A stretch of 64,000 bases of DNA, taken from the NCBI RefSeq assembly GCF_036321535.1, contig NC_087436.1, positions 95,854,001 through 95,918,000 on the forward strand. The letters are read 5' to 3'. The translations under genes and the position numbers were made by a program. Source of the DNA: Camelus dromedarius. Taxonomy: Eukaryota. The notes beneath the pieces are model-generated. The model made no database searches. It had not been told where the DNA came from and worked only from the letters and a program-made list of their open reading frames with translations. This document shows, one piece after another, positions 51,421 through 64,000 of this stretch (positions are counted from its first letter, which is position 1; every line of letters starts with the position of its first letter).

Positions 51421-53391
51421 CTCTCTTTGATGGAACTAAACTGATCCTCACCAGCTGTACTGAAGCTAAATAAGAACATTCTGCTTGTGATGAAAAGAAT
51501 TTGTTAACTTTTAAGAGTCAGTATAGATAATTGAATGTAAACACTCAGCACTGATAGAGTCGAAGAAGGGGAAGCTCAGACATCTGAACTATGAAACAGA
51601 GGATGCAGCAGATTCTAAATTTGCATTAGGTTATTTATTTTGAGAAATATGCACATGCATTTTTTTAACCAGAGATTACATTATGAGTCTCAAATAGGAG
51701 TAGTCGTTCTTTGCTTAGTAGTTAACTGCACAGAAACTATCTGACCAAATTAAGATCTCTAACCTTAAAATTCTTTGGGTTACTTCTTCTTTTGAAACTT
51801 TCATTTCCAAGATGCACATTGTCAGTTTAAAAGAGGAAGTAAGGATAAGTCTTCAAGCTTCCAGACAGCAATCATCTTCTTTCACATCTTTTCTCCCTGT
51901 TGTTGACATTTGCTATAAGAAGTAAAACATCATCCAAAAACCTTAAAGGAAAAATGATTGAACAACTATGTTGAATTATGCTAATTAACTTTTTTAAAGT
52001 GTTATATATGCCAGAAATGTAATAAGAAGTTTAAAAAATATTGTATGTTGTATATCTATTTTTAAAAATAGCATCATTTGAAGTTAGTTGATAGAAGAGG
52101 TGTACATTGGTACATCTGGTTTTGGATACAGATCAAGAATTGTAAGGCCAGCCATTAAAGAAAATGCCAGAAACACTCCATAATGGCACTGGTTTGTTCA
52201 CTCTTTGAAATATAAAAGCCAAGAAAGAAAAACCTCAAATCTTATTTATTGTCATTTTATTTTCTTCTTAGAACACAAATGCCAAATACAGCTTCCCAAT
52301 ATAAAACAGTCTTCCTTCTTCTTTTCTGCATTGTTAAAGTCAGTGGGAGTCACCTCATTTATCACGAGCAGTCCTGAGAAAACCCAGAATATCATGGAAG
52401 GAGAAAAGCAAGGACAGATTTCAGAAATCCAAGTGTTATAAATGAAGCTTTGAGAATGGAAATCGCATGGCTGTGACATTTATGCACATGCATGTGCAAT
52501 TTGTCTCCAGTTGTTGTTTTTTTTTAAGCAGTAAATCCCATTAAAGCCTGCCTTCATAATTAAACTGTGATCTGGATTGAAATTTAACATCAGGGAACTA
52601 GCACAGGGCAACTACTGGCCCCAAGCCACGCTTGCTGTAAGGGGATCATACTCAAAATATGCTTAGTCTGTTTTTTGGAGGGAGGCGGCATTGTTCCTAT
52701 CCATCTATATTAATTAACTATGTCCGCTTAAAAGATACACATACAAAGCTATGCAAGATTTTGGTTCCAGAGAAAACTGTAACAAAGATAGGAAACCGGG
52801 GGAAATCTAAATGACTGTTAATAGGGGCTTGGCAAAATTATGCACATCTATATAGAGTCCAGATGACAGCAGGGGTCATTCTGTCATTTGGCAGATTAAA
52901 AAACTGGATCAGAATCTCTTCTGTTGGGGAAAAAGAAGGCCAGCATCCACCCTAAATTCTCCAGGGGTTCCTGGGAGTCCATGGCTCCCCCTGTTCCCTC
53001 TGCCTCTGGATTCCAAGCCCAAGGAGCACTGGCTGTCTTCCCAGTCCTTCTTCCTCTCATTCTTAGAACTCGTCCCTTCTCTGTTCACTGTGTGCTACAT
53101 GCCACACAGCCCTTTTCCTTCGATGTCCACAAATAACACTCACACGACCTCTCATGTATTGTAGACTGTAATAACTATTTGGAGATATTAGCAAGGAGAG
53201 GCCATAGTGGGAGAAAGAGAGAGAGAGAGATCACTGCAGCATAATCAACGTAGCAGCTAACAAGACACTAATACCAGGCTTCCCGTCCCTAGAAGACCTT
53301 GGTCATTCTCCCAACTCCGCCATCAAAACCAGGAATTTCACTTTAGCCTCAGCTTCCAGTCCTGTTGAGGCTTGGCTTTCTCCAAAATCTT

Positions 53392-54657
53392 TTTTTGTTA
53401 TTGTTGTTATTTTTATTTAGGGATTTTATTTTATTTTATTATATCTTGTATCTTTTTGTATTTGTATATATTTTGTTCTTCTTGTACCTTTCCCCTCAGC
53501 TTTACTGAGGTATAACTGACATTCAACATTGTGTAACTTTAAGATGTACGTCCTGTTGATTTGATACACTTATAGATTGCAAAATGATTACCACCGTAAG
53601 GTTACTAATACCTCCATCTCATCACATAATTACTGTTTCATTTTTGTGGTGAGAACATTTAAGATCTACTCTCTTAGCAACTTTCAAGTATATGATACAG
53701 TGTTAGTAACTATAACCACCATGTTGTACATTAGATCCTCAGAACTTACTCATCTTTTAACTGGAAGTTTATCCTCTTTGACCAACATCTCTCCATGTCC
53801 CCTACCCCTAGCCCCTGGTAACCACCACTGTACTCTCTGTTTCTATGATTTCAACTTTTTTAGGTTCTATATATAAGTGATACCATACAGTATTTGTCTT
53901 TCTCTAACTTATTTCACGTAGCATCATGCCCTCAAGGTCCATCCATGTTGTCGTAAACAACAGAATTTCTTTCTTTCTTATGACTGTATAATATCCTATT
54001 GTGTGTGTGTGTGTGTGTATCACATTTTCTTTACCCATTCATCCACTGATAGACATTTAGGTTGTTTCCATGTCTTGGCTATTGTGAATAATGCTTCAGT
54101 GAACATGGGAGTACAGATACATCAAGATTCTGTTTTTATTTCCTTTGTATAATACCCAGAAGTGGGACTGCTGGATCACACTGTAGTCTATTTTTAATTT
54201 TTGGAGGAACCTCCATACCGTTTTCCATTGTGGCTGCACCAATTTACGTTCCACCAACAGTGCACAAGGGCTTCCTTTAATCCATATCAAAGTCAACACT
54301 TGTTACATTTTGTCTTTTTGATGACAGCCATTCTAACAAGTGTGAGATGATATCTCATTGTGGTTTGGATTTGCCTTTCCCCGATGATTAGTGCTACTGA
54401 GCACCTTTTCTGTATGTCTTCATTGGAAAAATGTCTATTCAGTTCCTCTGCCCATTTTTAATCAAATTGTGGGGTTTTTTTGCAATTGAGTATGCATTCT
54501 TCATTTATCTTAGATATTAACCCCTTATCAGATATATAATTTGCAAATATTTTCTCCCATTCCATAGATAGCCTTTTCATTTTGTTAATGGTTTCCTTTG
54601 CTGTGCAGAAGCTTTTTAGTCTGATGTAGTCTCACTTGCTTATTTTTGCCTTTGTTG
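53392..54657 (-). mobile_element. 5'-truncated LINE-1 (L1MA-like): ORF2 C-terminal remnant, 3'UTR and degraded tail
   Basis: AGAACATTTAAGATCTACTCTCTTAGCAACTTTCAAG...CCCCTTATCAGATATAT...GCTGTGCAGAAGCTTTTTAG. Perfect 12-bp TSD CTCCAAAATCTT at 53380-53391 and 54658-54669. Confidence 0.93.
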
Positions 54658-55102
54658 CTCCAAAATCTTGTTTGTTTCTTTTGTGAGGCAGATCAGACAT
54701 CTCTGAGTCACCTCCAGCCCATCCTGGCCGTGCTCTCTTTCCATAACCAGAATGGCTCATCAAAGCTAAACAAAGAGGATGCTGTCACCCGAGAGCAGTT
54801 CTGCCAGTTGTGAAATGAGCCTTTCCTTCCTCCTTGCTGCCCACAACCGTGCAGTCACTCAGAAGGATGTACCTCTATCATCATAGACAATGTCTAAAAT
54901 AGCTAAATCAATAGCTATACCTACATGTGTGCATATGCTTTCTATTTTTGATATATATGGAGAGGGAGATGGAGAGGGAGATAGAGAGAGAGAGAGAGAG
55001 AGGTCTTTCTCTCTAAAAAAGAAATGTGTAGAGTTGAATATATAAATTGATCACATATAGAAACATTTGTTTATATAATGAAAAAATAAAATCTGTAAGG
55101 AT

Positions 55103-55220
55103 GGGGGGAGGGTATAGCTCAAGGGTAGAGCATGTGCTTAGCATGCACGAGGTCCTGGGATCAATCCCCAGTACCTGCACTAAAATAAATAAATAAATAA
55201 ACCTAACTACCCACCCTCCA
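55103..55220 (+). mobile_element. vic-1-type SINE
   Basis: GGGGGGAGGGTATAGCTCAAGGGTAGAGCATGTGCTTAGCATGCACGAGGTCCTGGG. TSD AAAATCTGTAAGGAT (55088-55102) / AAAATCTATAAGGAT (55221-55235). Confidence 0.95.
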
Positions 55221-55819
55221 AAAATCTATAAGGATATACACCAATCTGTTAATGTTCATTTCTCTCTAGGAGGTGGGATTAAAGGAAACTTTTAATTTTA
55301 ACACTTCTGTACTAATATTTTTTTACATTGAGCATAACTGCCTCTATAATCAGAAAAAGTATTTATTTGGGGGGAAAGAAAGGGTTGATGCAAAAAAAAA
55401 AAAATGGGCTCAAATCACAGCTGAAAGGATTTAACTTACACACCACAAAGCTCCTCAGCAGTAAAGACTACTCAACATTCATGAACTCTTCCCCACAACT
55501 ATCACCAGTAGATGCCCCCCAAATCTGTGCTTATAAAAACCAAAGATGAGCAGTGGGCAGATTTCAAAGAGCGGAGAGCCAGTGAATGCTATCTTATCAG
55601 CAAAGACCCTGAGGGGAAAGAAGCTCGGGAGGGGCGGGGAGAGAGGGTGGGATCTAGGAATGGACTGAGCAAGAGAATCTGTCCTGATGAGGACGGAGAG
55701 GAAGAAGGAGGAAATGCAGTGCTACGGCTGCACTGGGGGTTTCCAGACGAAACTGGGTTAAAGAGTTAAAAGTAACAAAAGGAGGCGCACACCCCCAAGA
55801 GTGAATACAAAAATGTAGC

Positions 55820-57520
55820 ATCACTCACTCATTCCTGAAGCACCCACTCTGTAGCAGGCACTGTTTTGGGTGCCGGGGTCTGGCCAGCAGCAAGCCAGGC
55901 AAGGGCCCTGCTCTCTGTTGCTCAGGCAGGTGGGGAGATGGTAGACAAGGAAGCACAGGAACCAACAAGATAATTCCAGGCAGTGGTAAGTGTTCTAAGA
56001 CATTAAAACCAGATCAAGTGTCAGCGATCAATGTGGGGGTACTTTATTTTGTTTGTTTAATTCATGATCAGATTTTATTTTATTTATTCATTTTTATTGA
56101 ATGAAAGATTCTTTAAGTTCTATGGTGCTTTACAATTTTCAAAAATTTCACACACATGATTGCATATAATTCCACAATAACCCCCCTTTTCCCCTACCCC
56201 ATATATTCTCCCTCTGTCCTTCTCTCTCAGCCTGGTAACCACTAGCTTACTCTCCATATCTGAATCTCCTTCTTTTTTGTTTTATTCATTAGTTTGTTGT
56301 ATGTTTTTAGACTGGTGTGGGGACACTTTTGACTGGGAGGCCAGAGGATAAAGTTTGAACTGAGTTCATAAGGATCTAAGGAACCAACCACAGGAAGAGC
56401 TGGGAGCAGAGCCTTCCAGGCAGAGGCAACAACAAATACAAAGGCTCAGTGTGAAGAATGAGGTTGTCATAATTTAGTAACATGAACACCAGGGTGGCTG
56501 GGGTCCAGAGAGCACCAGAAAGAGTGTGGGAAATGAGGTCCGTGTGGAAACTCCAGCAAAATTCAGGATTTTAGTCTAAGTACAGGGGGAAGTCGCTAGA
56601 GAGGTTTTGAGCAGGGGAGTGGCATGAATGGACAGGTTTTCTAGAGATGGCTCTGGATGCTTGCTTGGTGGAAAAAGGAAGCAAGAATGGAAACAGGAAG
56701 AAAAGTTAGGAAGTACTGCTGCATTCCAGGTGAGGGAAGATGGAGCCGTGACAGATTTAGAATGGGTCTTGAACAATCTGCATGAAAGTGTGAAAGAAAA
56801 AGAGAAATCAAAGATGACTCCCAGATTTTGGCCATAGCAATTGTCATTGTCACTTAGGAGCTGCAGAAGACTGGGAAAGCCAGGGCTGGTGGGGAATAAA
56901 TTCAAGAGTTCTATTTTAACCATGTTGAGTTTGAGATGCCTATTTAGCAGTTAAGTAGAAAAGTCAAGTTTGGAGTGGGACAGACGAGTCTGGAACTCAT
57001 CAGTAAGTCTAAGCAGTAAATTACCTTTGGGAGTCAGCCAGCAAATAGGTGGTATTTAATGTTATGATGAGTTCATCTGGAAAGAGTGTCTAGAAGAGAA
57101 ATGTAGAAAACAAAACTCAGAACAGAAGAGGAAGAATAAACAAAGGAGACTGGGTAGAAACCACCATTGAATTCAAAGGGAAAACAGGAGGGTGTGGTTT
57201 TCCAAAGGCCAAGAGAAGAGAGTGTTTCAGGATAGGAGAAATGCTCCCTTGCCATCTCTGCCAAAAGCTACTGAGACATGGGATAAATGAAGTGCAGAGT
57301 GGGGATCACCAGGTTTCACAAGCTGGAGGTGGCTGGTGACATGAGAAGAACCATCAGTGAAATGATCAGGATGGAAGCCCAACTGGTAAACCAGAGAAAG
57401 TGGGTGAGTGGAAGCAAAGGCAGCCACCATAGCAAGTCTCGAAAAATGGAGCACAAAGCTGGGCCCGTCACTGGAGGAAGCCGGAATGGGAAATGCGGTT
57501 AGGAGAGGGTTTGTGTTTAA
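55820..57520 (-). mobile_element. LINE-2, long degenerate fragment interrupted by an L1 end
   Basis: CAGGCACTGTTTTGGGTGC...TTCCAGGCAGAGGCAACAACA...AATCAAAGATGACTCCCAGATTTTGGCC...CATGTTGAGTTTGAGATGCC. Confidence 0.85.
56046..56315 (-). mobile_element. Artiodactyl-type L1 3' fragment with a foreign internal segment
   Basis: T-rich tail, TTTTATTGAA, then CCTGGTAACCACTAG...TTTATTCATTAGTTTGTTGTA. Degenerate TSD TGTGGGGGTACTTT (56032) / TGTGGGGACACTTT (56316). Confidence 0.7.
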
Positions 57521-59250
57521 GATGGGCGATACCAAGATATATATTTTAGAAGACCAAGCAGAAGCAAATCAGAAATTTTACTTTCATGTTATTCTTCATA
57601 TCATTCCTTAGGAACCAAGCAGGTCAACATCAATAGGACAGGAAATCAGAATCTGATTGACTTTCTCTTCCGTCAGAGACCAATAAACAGACTATTCAAA
57701 CTATTCTGGTACCCAGAAGGGACAGTGATCAGAAGACATCAACACGGGTTCAGCAGGAACAAGCCACTTCATATTACACTTATGGATCAAGACACGGACG
57801 GAGTTTTCACACTGACTGCAGTAGCCTCCCAACTGGTCTCCCTCCTCTGTCTCTCAACCCTCTACTCCATCCTCCACTCCAAAATCTAAAAACAAATCCG
57901 ATTATTTCACTTTCCTGATTAATGCCTCTAATGGCTAACACTTAACAGCACAACCTTCTTAAGAAGAATACCCAACTCCCTTAGCAAGGCATATCAATCC
58001 CTGTAAAATCTGACCCCAGCTTTTCTTCCCTGTCTCATCTCTGACCATGCAATCTGCAAAACATCAATCACAGCAGCTCCAGCTACGTGTCTTTGCTCCA
58101 TTCTGGTTTGGCACGTGTTATATCCTCTACTCAGGATATCCATTCAATCTGCACCCAACTCATCAGCCTGTGAAATTCCTAAGGGTCTTTAAAACCCACT
58201 CAAGTTTCCTGTGGAAAATGCATTACATTCTGGAAGGTCCCTCCAGAACAGATCCGTGACGAACAACCAGACATCACAGGAAACAACTTCATCTCTATGT
58301 AAAAGATTTAGGAGCAACTCAGGTGTCTGACATGAGAGGGGACACTGTCAAGCAGTACGTTCCTCATGGTGGGAAGTGTGGACGCAGGAAGACGGTGACT
58401 TGCCAGGTGAAACCTCCATCCACGTCCACTGCTCAATAAAACCCGTTTAATTATTAGATGGCTATCACTGTCAGGAGGAGCCCAAAATCTGTCTGCAAAA
58501 TCCTGCCTTCTGGAGCAGTTTATCATTCGTCTGTTTCTTTTTGTACAGCGCCAGCTTTTTACGTAACTGCTGACGTTTATTATACTGGGGCTCCTCCCGT
58601 TCTCTCAGCTGTCCTCTTCCATAACTTACAGGTGTTTGCTAATTCCTGGCAGCGCAGCATTCAGAATCTATTTTTGGCACATAAAATGTCATTCTACTTC
58701 TTAAGGGGGCAGTCATAGCTTATTTGACTTTGTACCCTAGCACCCAGCCAAGTGCAGGATCATTGGTCACATTCCAAAGAAAGAATTAATGTAAAATCAG
58801 CAACGTTTCAAATACATCACTTGACCACAGGAAAGGATGACTTCTGAGGTACTGCTGGAATCCAAGTAGCCAGAAAAGGGCTCCTAGACAGGCTGCCCGG
58901 AAGTCACATGTAAGCTTTCTGGTTGGTCTTGTGTCAGGCTCCTCCCCCAGCCCCACTCCCCAGCCAGCCCCATCTGAGGCCTTCTGAGAGCCAGGCCAGC
59001 TCTCCAGTTGGCCTGCTCCGATTGTGGGTTCAGGATCACAGGCAGCAATTAGTGGGACAGACACCTCAGCGTCCAGAAGAAGGAAACTTATTCAAAGAAG
59101 AGAGAAAGTAGAAACAAGAGATCTATCTCTTTCACCATATCCCAAACCAGTGGCCCACAGAGCTCTTCTCCACTGCAATCTGCATCAAGAACAAAAGCAG
59201 GTCACAGTTTTCACTGTGATTTTTTTTAGAGTGACTTTTAGCAAAATTCT

Positions 59251-59362
59251 TTAAAAAAAAGAAGATGAAAAAAAAAAAAAAAAAAGAGGTGCTGGGGATT
59301 GAACCCAGGACCTCATGCATGCCAAGCATGTGCTCTACCACTGAGTTATACCCTCCTCCCCA
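59251..59362 (-). mobile_element. vic-1-type SINE (tRNA head only) with an atypical tail
   Basis: Antisense head GAGGTGCTGGGGATTGAACCCAGGACCTC...CCCTCCTCCCC. TSD AGCAAAATTCT at 59240-59250 and 59363-59373. Confidence 0.92.
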
Positions 59363-59467
59363 AGCAAAATTCTATCATTAACGAAGACAAGGCAGCAAAG
59401 AAAAGGGGGAAACCTGAAGTCACTTTGTGATAAATATTCAGATTATTTCCAGAAATACTTCTTAGGT

Positions 59468-59780
59468 AGCTAATCCAGCATTTGCAGAAAGAGGATGCAA
59501 GCTATGTATGTAATTTTAAATTCTCTTGTAGGCACATCCAAAAAGGTAAAATGAAAGGTGAAATTAATTTTAGTATTATCTTTGAATTAACCCCATATAT
59601 AGAAAATATTGTCATTTCAACATGTAACCAATATAGAACATTATTGAGATATTTTACATTCCTTTTTTCAAAACTAAGTCCTTGAAATCTACTGTTTTGA
59701 CACTTACAGCACATCTCAGTTCAGATGAGCTACACTGAAAATGCCCCAAACGACTACTGATTATTGTACTTGACAGTGGA
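59468..59780. mobile_element. MER33-like hAT-Charlie element
   Basis: ATGTAATTTTAAATTCTCTTGTAG...GGTGAAATTAATTTTA...CACTTACAGCACATCTCAGTTCAGA. Confidence 0.8.
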
Positions 59781-62399
59781 GATCTAGGCTATAAATAAAT
59801 CTTTTTAAGATGCAAGTCAACTTTAGGTTCAAGATACTTGTAAAGTCTATTCTTAGGAACAGATTTATATTATAAAAATGCTTAAAAAGGCAAAGCATTT
59901 GGTGAAAAATGCAAAGCTATATAAAGTCACACGTGAAAAAAAAAACCTTAGACTAATGTCAGGCACAAATTATTACTTTTTTGTCATTGATATGTCTTGA
60001 TTTATACAATAAAGCATTAATTATTAAAAAAAAATAAAGTGACACATGTTGAAAATAAAGACTTATAAGAAATTATCTAAGCACTTATGACCAGATGGAT
60101 GCTTCTGAAACCCTCAGACTCATTTTTCAAAGTCAAAAATGAACTATGTAATCAATCCCGTGTCATGGACCCAAACCTTCCAACAAATGCTTCGGAGTTC
60201 ATGCTGGCCAGGACATTCTTTTTATAGATGAAAAAGAATCCCTGCCAATCTTTGCACCCACAACCGACTTCTGTCTAGGATGACGGACGGTTCAGTGTTG
60301 AGCTGACACGGAGACACTGGTCTGTGCAACCATACACTGAGTCACAGCCCCAAGAGGGCCAAGTGAAATCTTACACAACAAACCAGAGTGGGATTAAAGA
60401 CACCCAGTGGGAATTTTAAGATCGATAAAAAATCTTCCCAAACATACAGAACAAAACCTTCTCAGAACTATTCCCTGAGTAGCAAAGACAGACTAACGTC
60501 TGATATTTAGAAATTATGAAGACTCACCAGGGAAAGGGCACAAGACAAAAAGAGTAGCAAAGTAACCCTGTGCTCTTCAGAATAATCCCCCTCAGGAACA
60601 AAATGCTCCAGCCCAGAGTTGTAATTTTGACCTTCACTCTAGCAAAGAAAGAAAGTAATGAGCCAGCAAATCTAACAGCCAAGCAAGAGATGCAACTGAA
60701 GACAGCCTTTATTGAAAATCCCGAAATAAGTGGTGCTTATTTTAAGTCACTAACTTAAAACTCCAAGCAGATGGGGAATTATTAAGACAAATGAGTAATG
60801 CAACCAAAACAAAGCTACGATCAAAAATAAAATGTTTTTAAATTGTTAATTAAATCATAAAAGTCAGCCAAAGCAACTTGGGCGTTCAATACAGGGGACT
60901 GAAGTACTAATCCTGCTAATTACAGGAAAACAACTTTAAACCACCTTTTCAGCTGATGTGCAATGTAACGGATCCGGAGAGGCCAGGAGAGGTAGCTCTC
61001 CATCAGTTACTGAGAAAGACGGGGTACCTACAGGGCCTCACGCGAGAATACATTGGTTCTTTACTGGAAATTTCAAAAGGAAACATTTCTTACTCTTTAA
61101 GTCCACAAATAGTTAAGCACTCTTAAAATGAGAGGTATGGAAGCCCACAGGGTTCAGTCTTAGATATATATCACTTTCAAGAAATGCAGTTTCATTGCCA
61201 AATTTCATAGAAAAGGAAACCCATTCTTTCAAGGGACACTGACATTCTCTTAAACACATCTTCCTCGGCAACCTTTAACAAAGTCCTCTTCTAGACTACA
61301 CTTCTGCCTCCCATGCAGTCACTTCAGCATCTCTACTCCCCATCTCAAGTTCCTTCTCCACACTTTCCCCCTCCTCCTCATCCCTAAGGTTTTAGTACTT
61401 TATCATGTCCCAGTAAGAGATGGGATGTCCTCCTTGGGAGAGGGAGGAATGAGGCCAGCGAGATTCTAGCAAACCCAAGATGCTCTTAGGGAGGCTGCAG
61501 AAAGGGAATCCGGGAGTACCCGGCCCGTCTCAGTCCTGAAACTCCCCACTCTGCCCAGATTAGATGTCAGAGCCAGAAGATCAGATCTGACTAAGGTCGG
61601 GAACAGTGTTTGAAAAGTCAGGATGGGTTTCAGGGATGGTAAGTCGGCTGAAGAACTGCGGGCACTTACAGCAAAACTACTCTCACGTTATTACCAGATT
61701 TCTGACTTACCCAGGGTCCCACGTACGGTTCACTCTCTCCCCTGAACACCAGCCTACACTTCTCCTCCATTTGTTACCAGCTCAGTAATCCCTGCCATTT
61801 CCCATTCAAATTTCATCCTTTCCTTTTATTGACATAAAACAACAACATAAAATGTCAGCACATAACCCTTCGGCTACCTGCAACTCAGTGCTGGACAGTC
61901 TCTTAAAGGAAGCAGAGCTTTGTACTTCATAGATTTAAAAAAGAATTAAAATGTAAATACTCTTCTGAGTGATCTAAAGTAAACTCAAGTGAGTGGTAGA
62001 TCTGATGGTCTTCTGAGTATGAATTTTCTTAGCAGAAACAAAGCTGAAGAACTGGGGAAGGAAAGAATCTTGAGGCAATTTTCTTAGACTTGATGCTTTT
62101 TCTAGGGCTGAGTCTAGGAGGAACTCCCGACTTCTCTGTGATGTGATGAGGTGAAGATCTGGTCAGGGTCACCCAAGCAGCCACCTGTTTTCTGGAGTGA
62201 ATGTTTTCATTTCCTGCCATGGATCCCAACTCAAAACTAAACTTCAACCCAGAACCTTATGCCACTGTGTTCACATGTGTTCTGAGGGATGCTCTTGGAT
62301 GTTATGAGAAAATGTAACCTATGGTCAAATAAATTTGGGGATTTAATGGACTAATACATAATTCAAGAGTGGAATAGAAAATACAGTGTTTCTCTAAGA

Positions 62400-63269
62400 C
62401 AGCAGTTCTCAGGGTGTGGTCTGTATAACTCAGTGAACCAATATTTCCCAAATAATCTAGGCACAATGTTACAGAATCATGCTTGCTTAGAAGACTCATT
62501 AAGGCACAAGACAGACTAATGGATTTTAATACAACAAAGTGCAAAAAGTGCCTTGATATGGTTTCAGATTTTATATTGCAACAGAATACTACCATTTGTT
62601 GAGTTTGGGGATAACATTAAAGAAAAATATTCCAAATTTTCTAAAAAGGCTATAAAATATTTCTCCATTTTCCTACTACTTATCTGTGTGAGGCCAAATT
62701 TTCTTCATATCCTCAACCAAACAACATATCACAAACAGAATGAGTAGAGAAGCAGCCGTGAACTAATAGTTGTCTAGACGTGAAAGAGATTTGGAAAAAG
62801 AAAAACCAAGCAAACAAAAAGTCAAATGATGCCACTCTTGTCACTTAATTCAGGGAGAAAATACAGTTATTTTTCACACACAAAAAAATTTATGCTGAGC
62901 CGTCAGGGTTTATTGTTTTTGTTTTTGTTTTGTTTTGGGGGGGAAGTAATTAGGTTTATTTCTTTCTTTATTTTTAGAGGAGGTACTGGGGATTAAACCC
63001 AGGACCTCATGCACGCTAAGCATGTGCTCTACCACTTGAGCTATCCCCCACACCCTATTATTTTTGTTTTTAATAAATTTAAATGTCTTTAAATTTAATA
63101 CCTTTAAATGTCCCAGTTTGAATTTCTAATACAATAGAATTAGAAATTTCTAACACAGTAAGTATGACTAGATACTTACTGAATAGATAACCTACATTAG
63201 CACTTTTGGGGATCCTCAATAATTTTTAAGAGAGAAAAGGGGTCTTCAGATCAGAAGTTTGAGATGCTG
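62400..63269 (+). mobile_element. Charlie1-type hAT DNA transposon remnant
   Basis: TIR-like CAGCAGTTCTCA... and ...AAGTTTGAGATGCTG. 62669-62704 translates FPTTYLCEAKFS, the hAT C-terminal dimerisation motif. Confidence 0.85.
62927..63055 (-). mobile_element. vic-1-type SINE nested in Charlie1
   Basis: Antisense copy. TSD TATTGTTTTTGTTTTT (62911-62926) / TATTATTTTTGTTTTT (63056-63071). Confidence 0.92.
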
Positions 63270-64000
63270 CCCTAATGTATTTTGATCATGGAAGCCGTTC
63301 TCTGCGGAACACCTTGAGTGTATCCATAGAACATATAATGGGAAACACAATCTCATGTTGTGCTTATAAAACACCTCTCTGTGCCTCTTCTTCCCAGACC
63401 TTCTTCAATAAGTTAATTCACATGCTGCTCAAAGGGTTTCATCTCACACAGTAGTTTTGAGCTTGTGACCCTGGCAGTAAATGCATATATCTCCTCTGGC
63501 AAACGTGGTTGGATACCGAGCTCATCTCGTTAAAACAAGCCTTAACCTGCAGAATTATTTCACTGAGCAAATGCTACAGTCATGAGAAACGACGACACAG
63601 GTTAGGGTGTCCCAAGAACATAAAAGATAATCATGCCAGCTAGAATCAGAGCCAATCTGGTTTACCATTCAGTTTCCAACAACAAGAGAATCGCTGATTG
63701 AGGTGCTTATGTTACAAATTACTCTTATAAAACGGACAGGATGACAGCAACTGATTACTCTAAGTACTGGCAATTTGTGTTTATAAAAACTGTATGCAAG
63801 CCAGAAATAACCTAAGAACTGATTCATCTTTCTACCATGGCTTTTTAGAATACAGAATGAGGCCAAATCTCTATTTTCAGCATGACTGGAAGCCCCAGTT
63901 CCAGAATTTGGTTATAAATCTCTCCTTCCTGTCAGGTAGCTCAGTGACTGGCCAGAAGCCTGATCTCGGATGGCTGTAAAAGATTTGGGAGAGAGTCGAA

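Noticed and set aside
54096..54299. ORF resembling the L1 ORF2 C-terminus (also 7172-7399 and 21775-21981)
   Set aside because: Frameshifted remnants of truncated L1 copies, not host genes.
1..64000. CRISPR array, operon, prophage, full-length provirus or other novel multi-gene system
   Set aside because: Sequence is repeat-rich mammalian DNA with no regularly spaced repeat-spacer arrays, no long ORFs, and only solo LTRs without gag, pol or env.

Overview
Mammalian genomic DNA, most likely from a camelid, judged from six copies of an Ala-tRNA-derived vic-1-type SINE and artiodactyl-type L1 3' ends. The window is almost entirely non-coding. The one well-supported gene feature is a CpG-island promoter (~11.9-12.8 kb) with a minus-strand first exon ending in a 10-codon ORF start (MSPLFSWVAK) and a strong AAG|GTAGGC donor at 12280. 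Positions 1-12279 would then be intron. I could not identify the gene. The rest is typical eutherian repeats (L1, L2, MIR, MaLR/ERVL/ERV1 solo LTRs, Tigger/MER2/Charlie/MER5/MER33 DNA transposons, microsatellites) with a few repeat-free, motif-dense islands. Repeat family names come from my recall of consensus sequences, not from a search, and boundaries of old repeats are approximate. None of the supplied ORFs looks like a real protein. I found no convincing new multi-gene system. The best unexplained signals are a ~90-bp inverted copy of sequence from 2 kb away inserted inside a Tigger1 remnant (plus two weaker cases of apparently templated insertion), a textbook 123-nt minus-strand intron at 43.6 kb that joins an 81-codon ORF, and a SINE whose tail has the wrong polarity.
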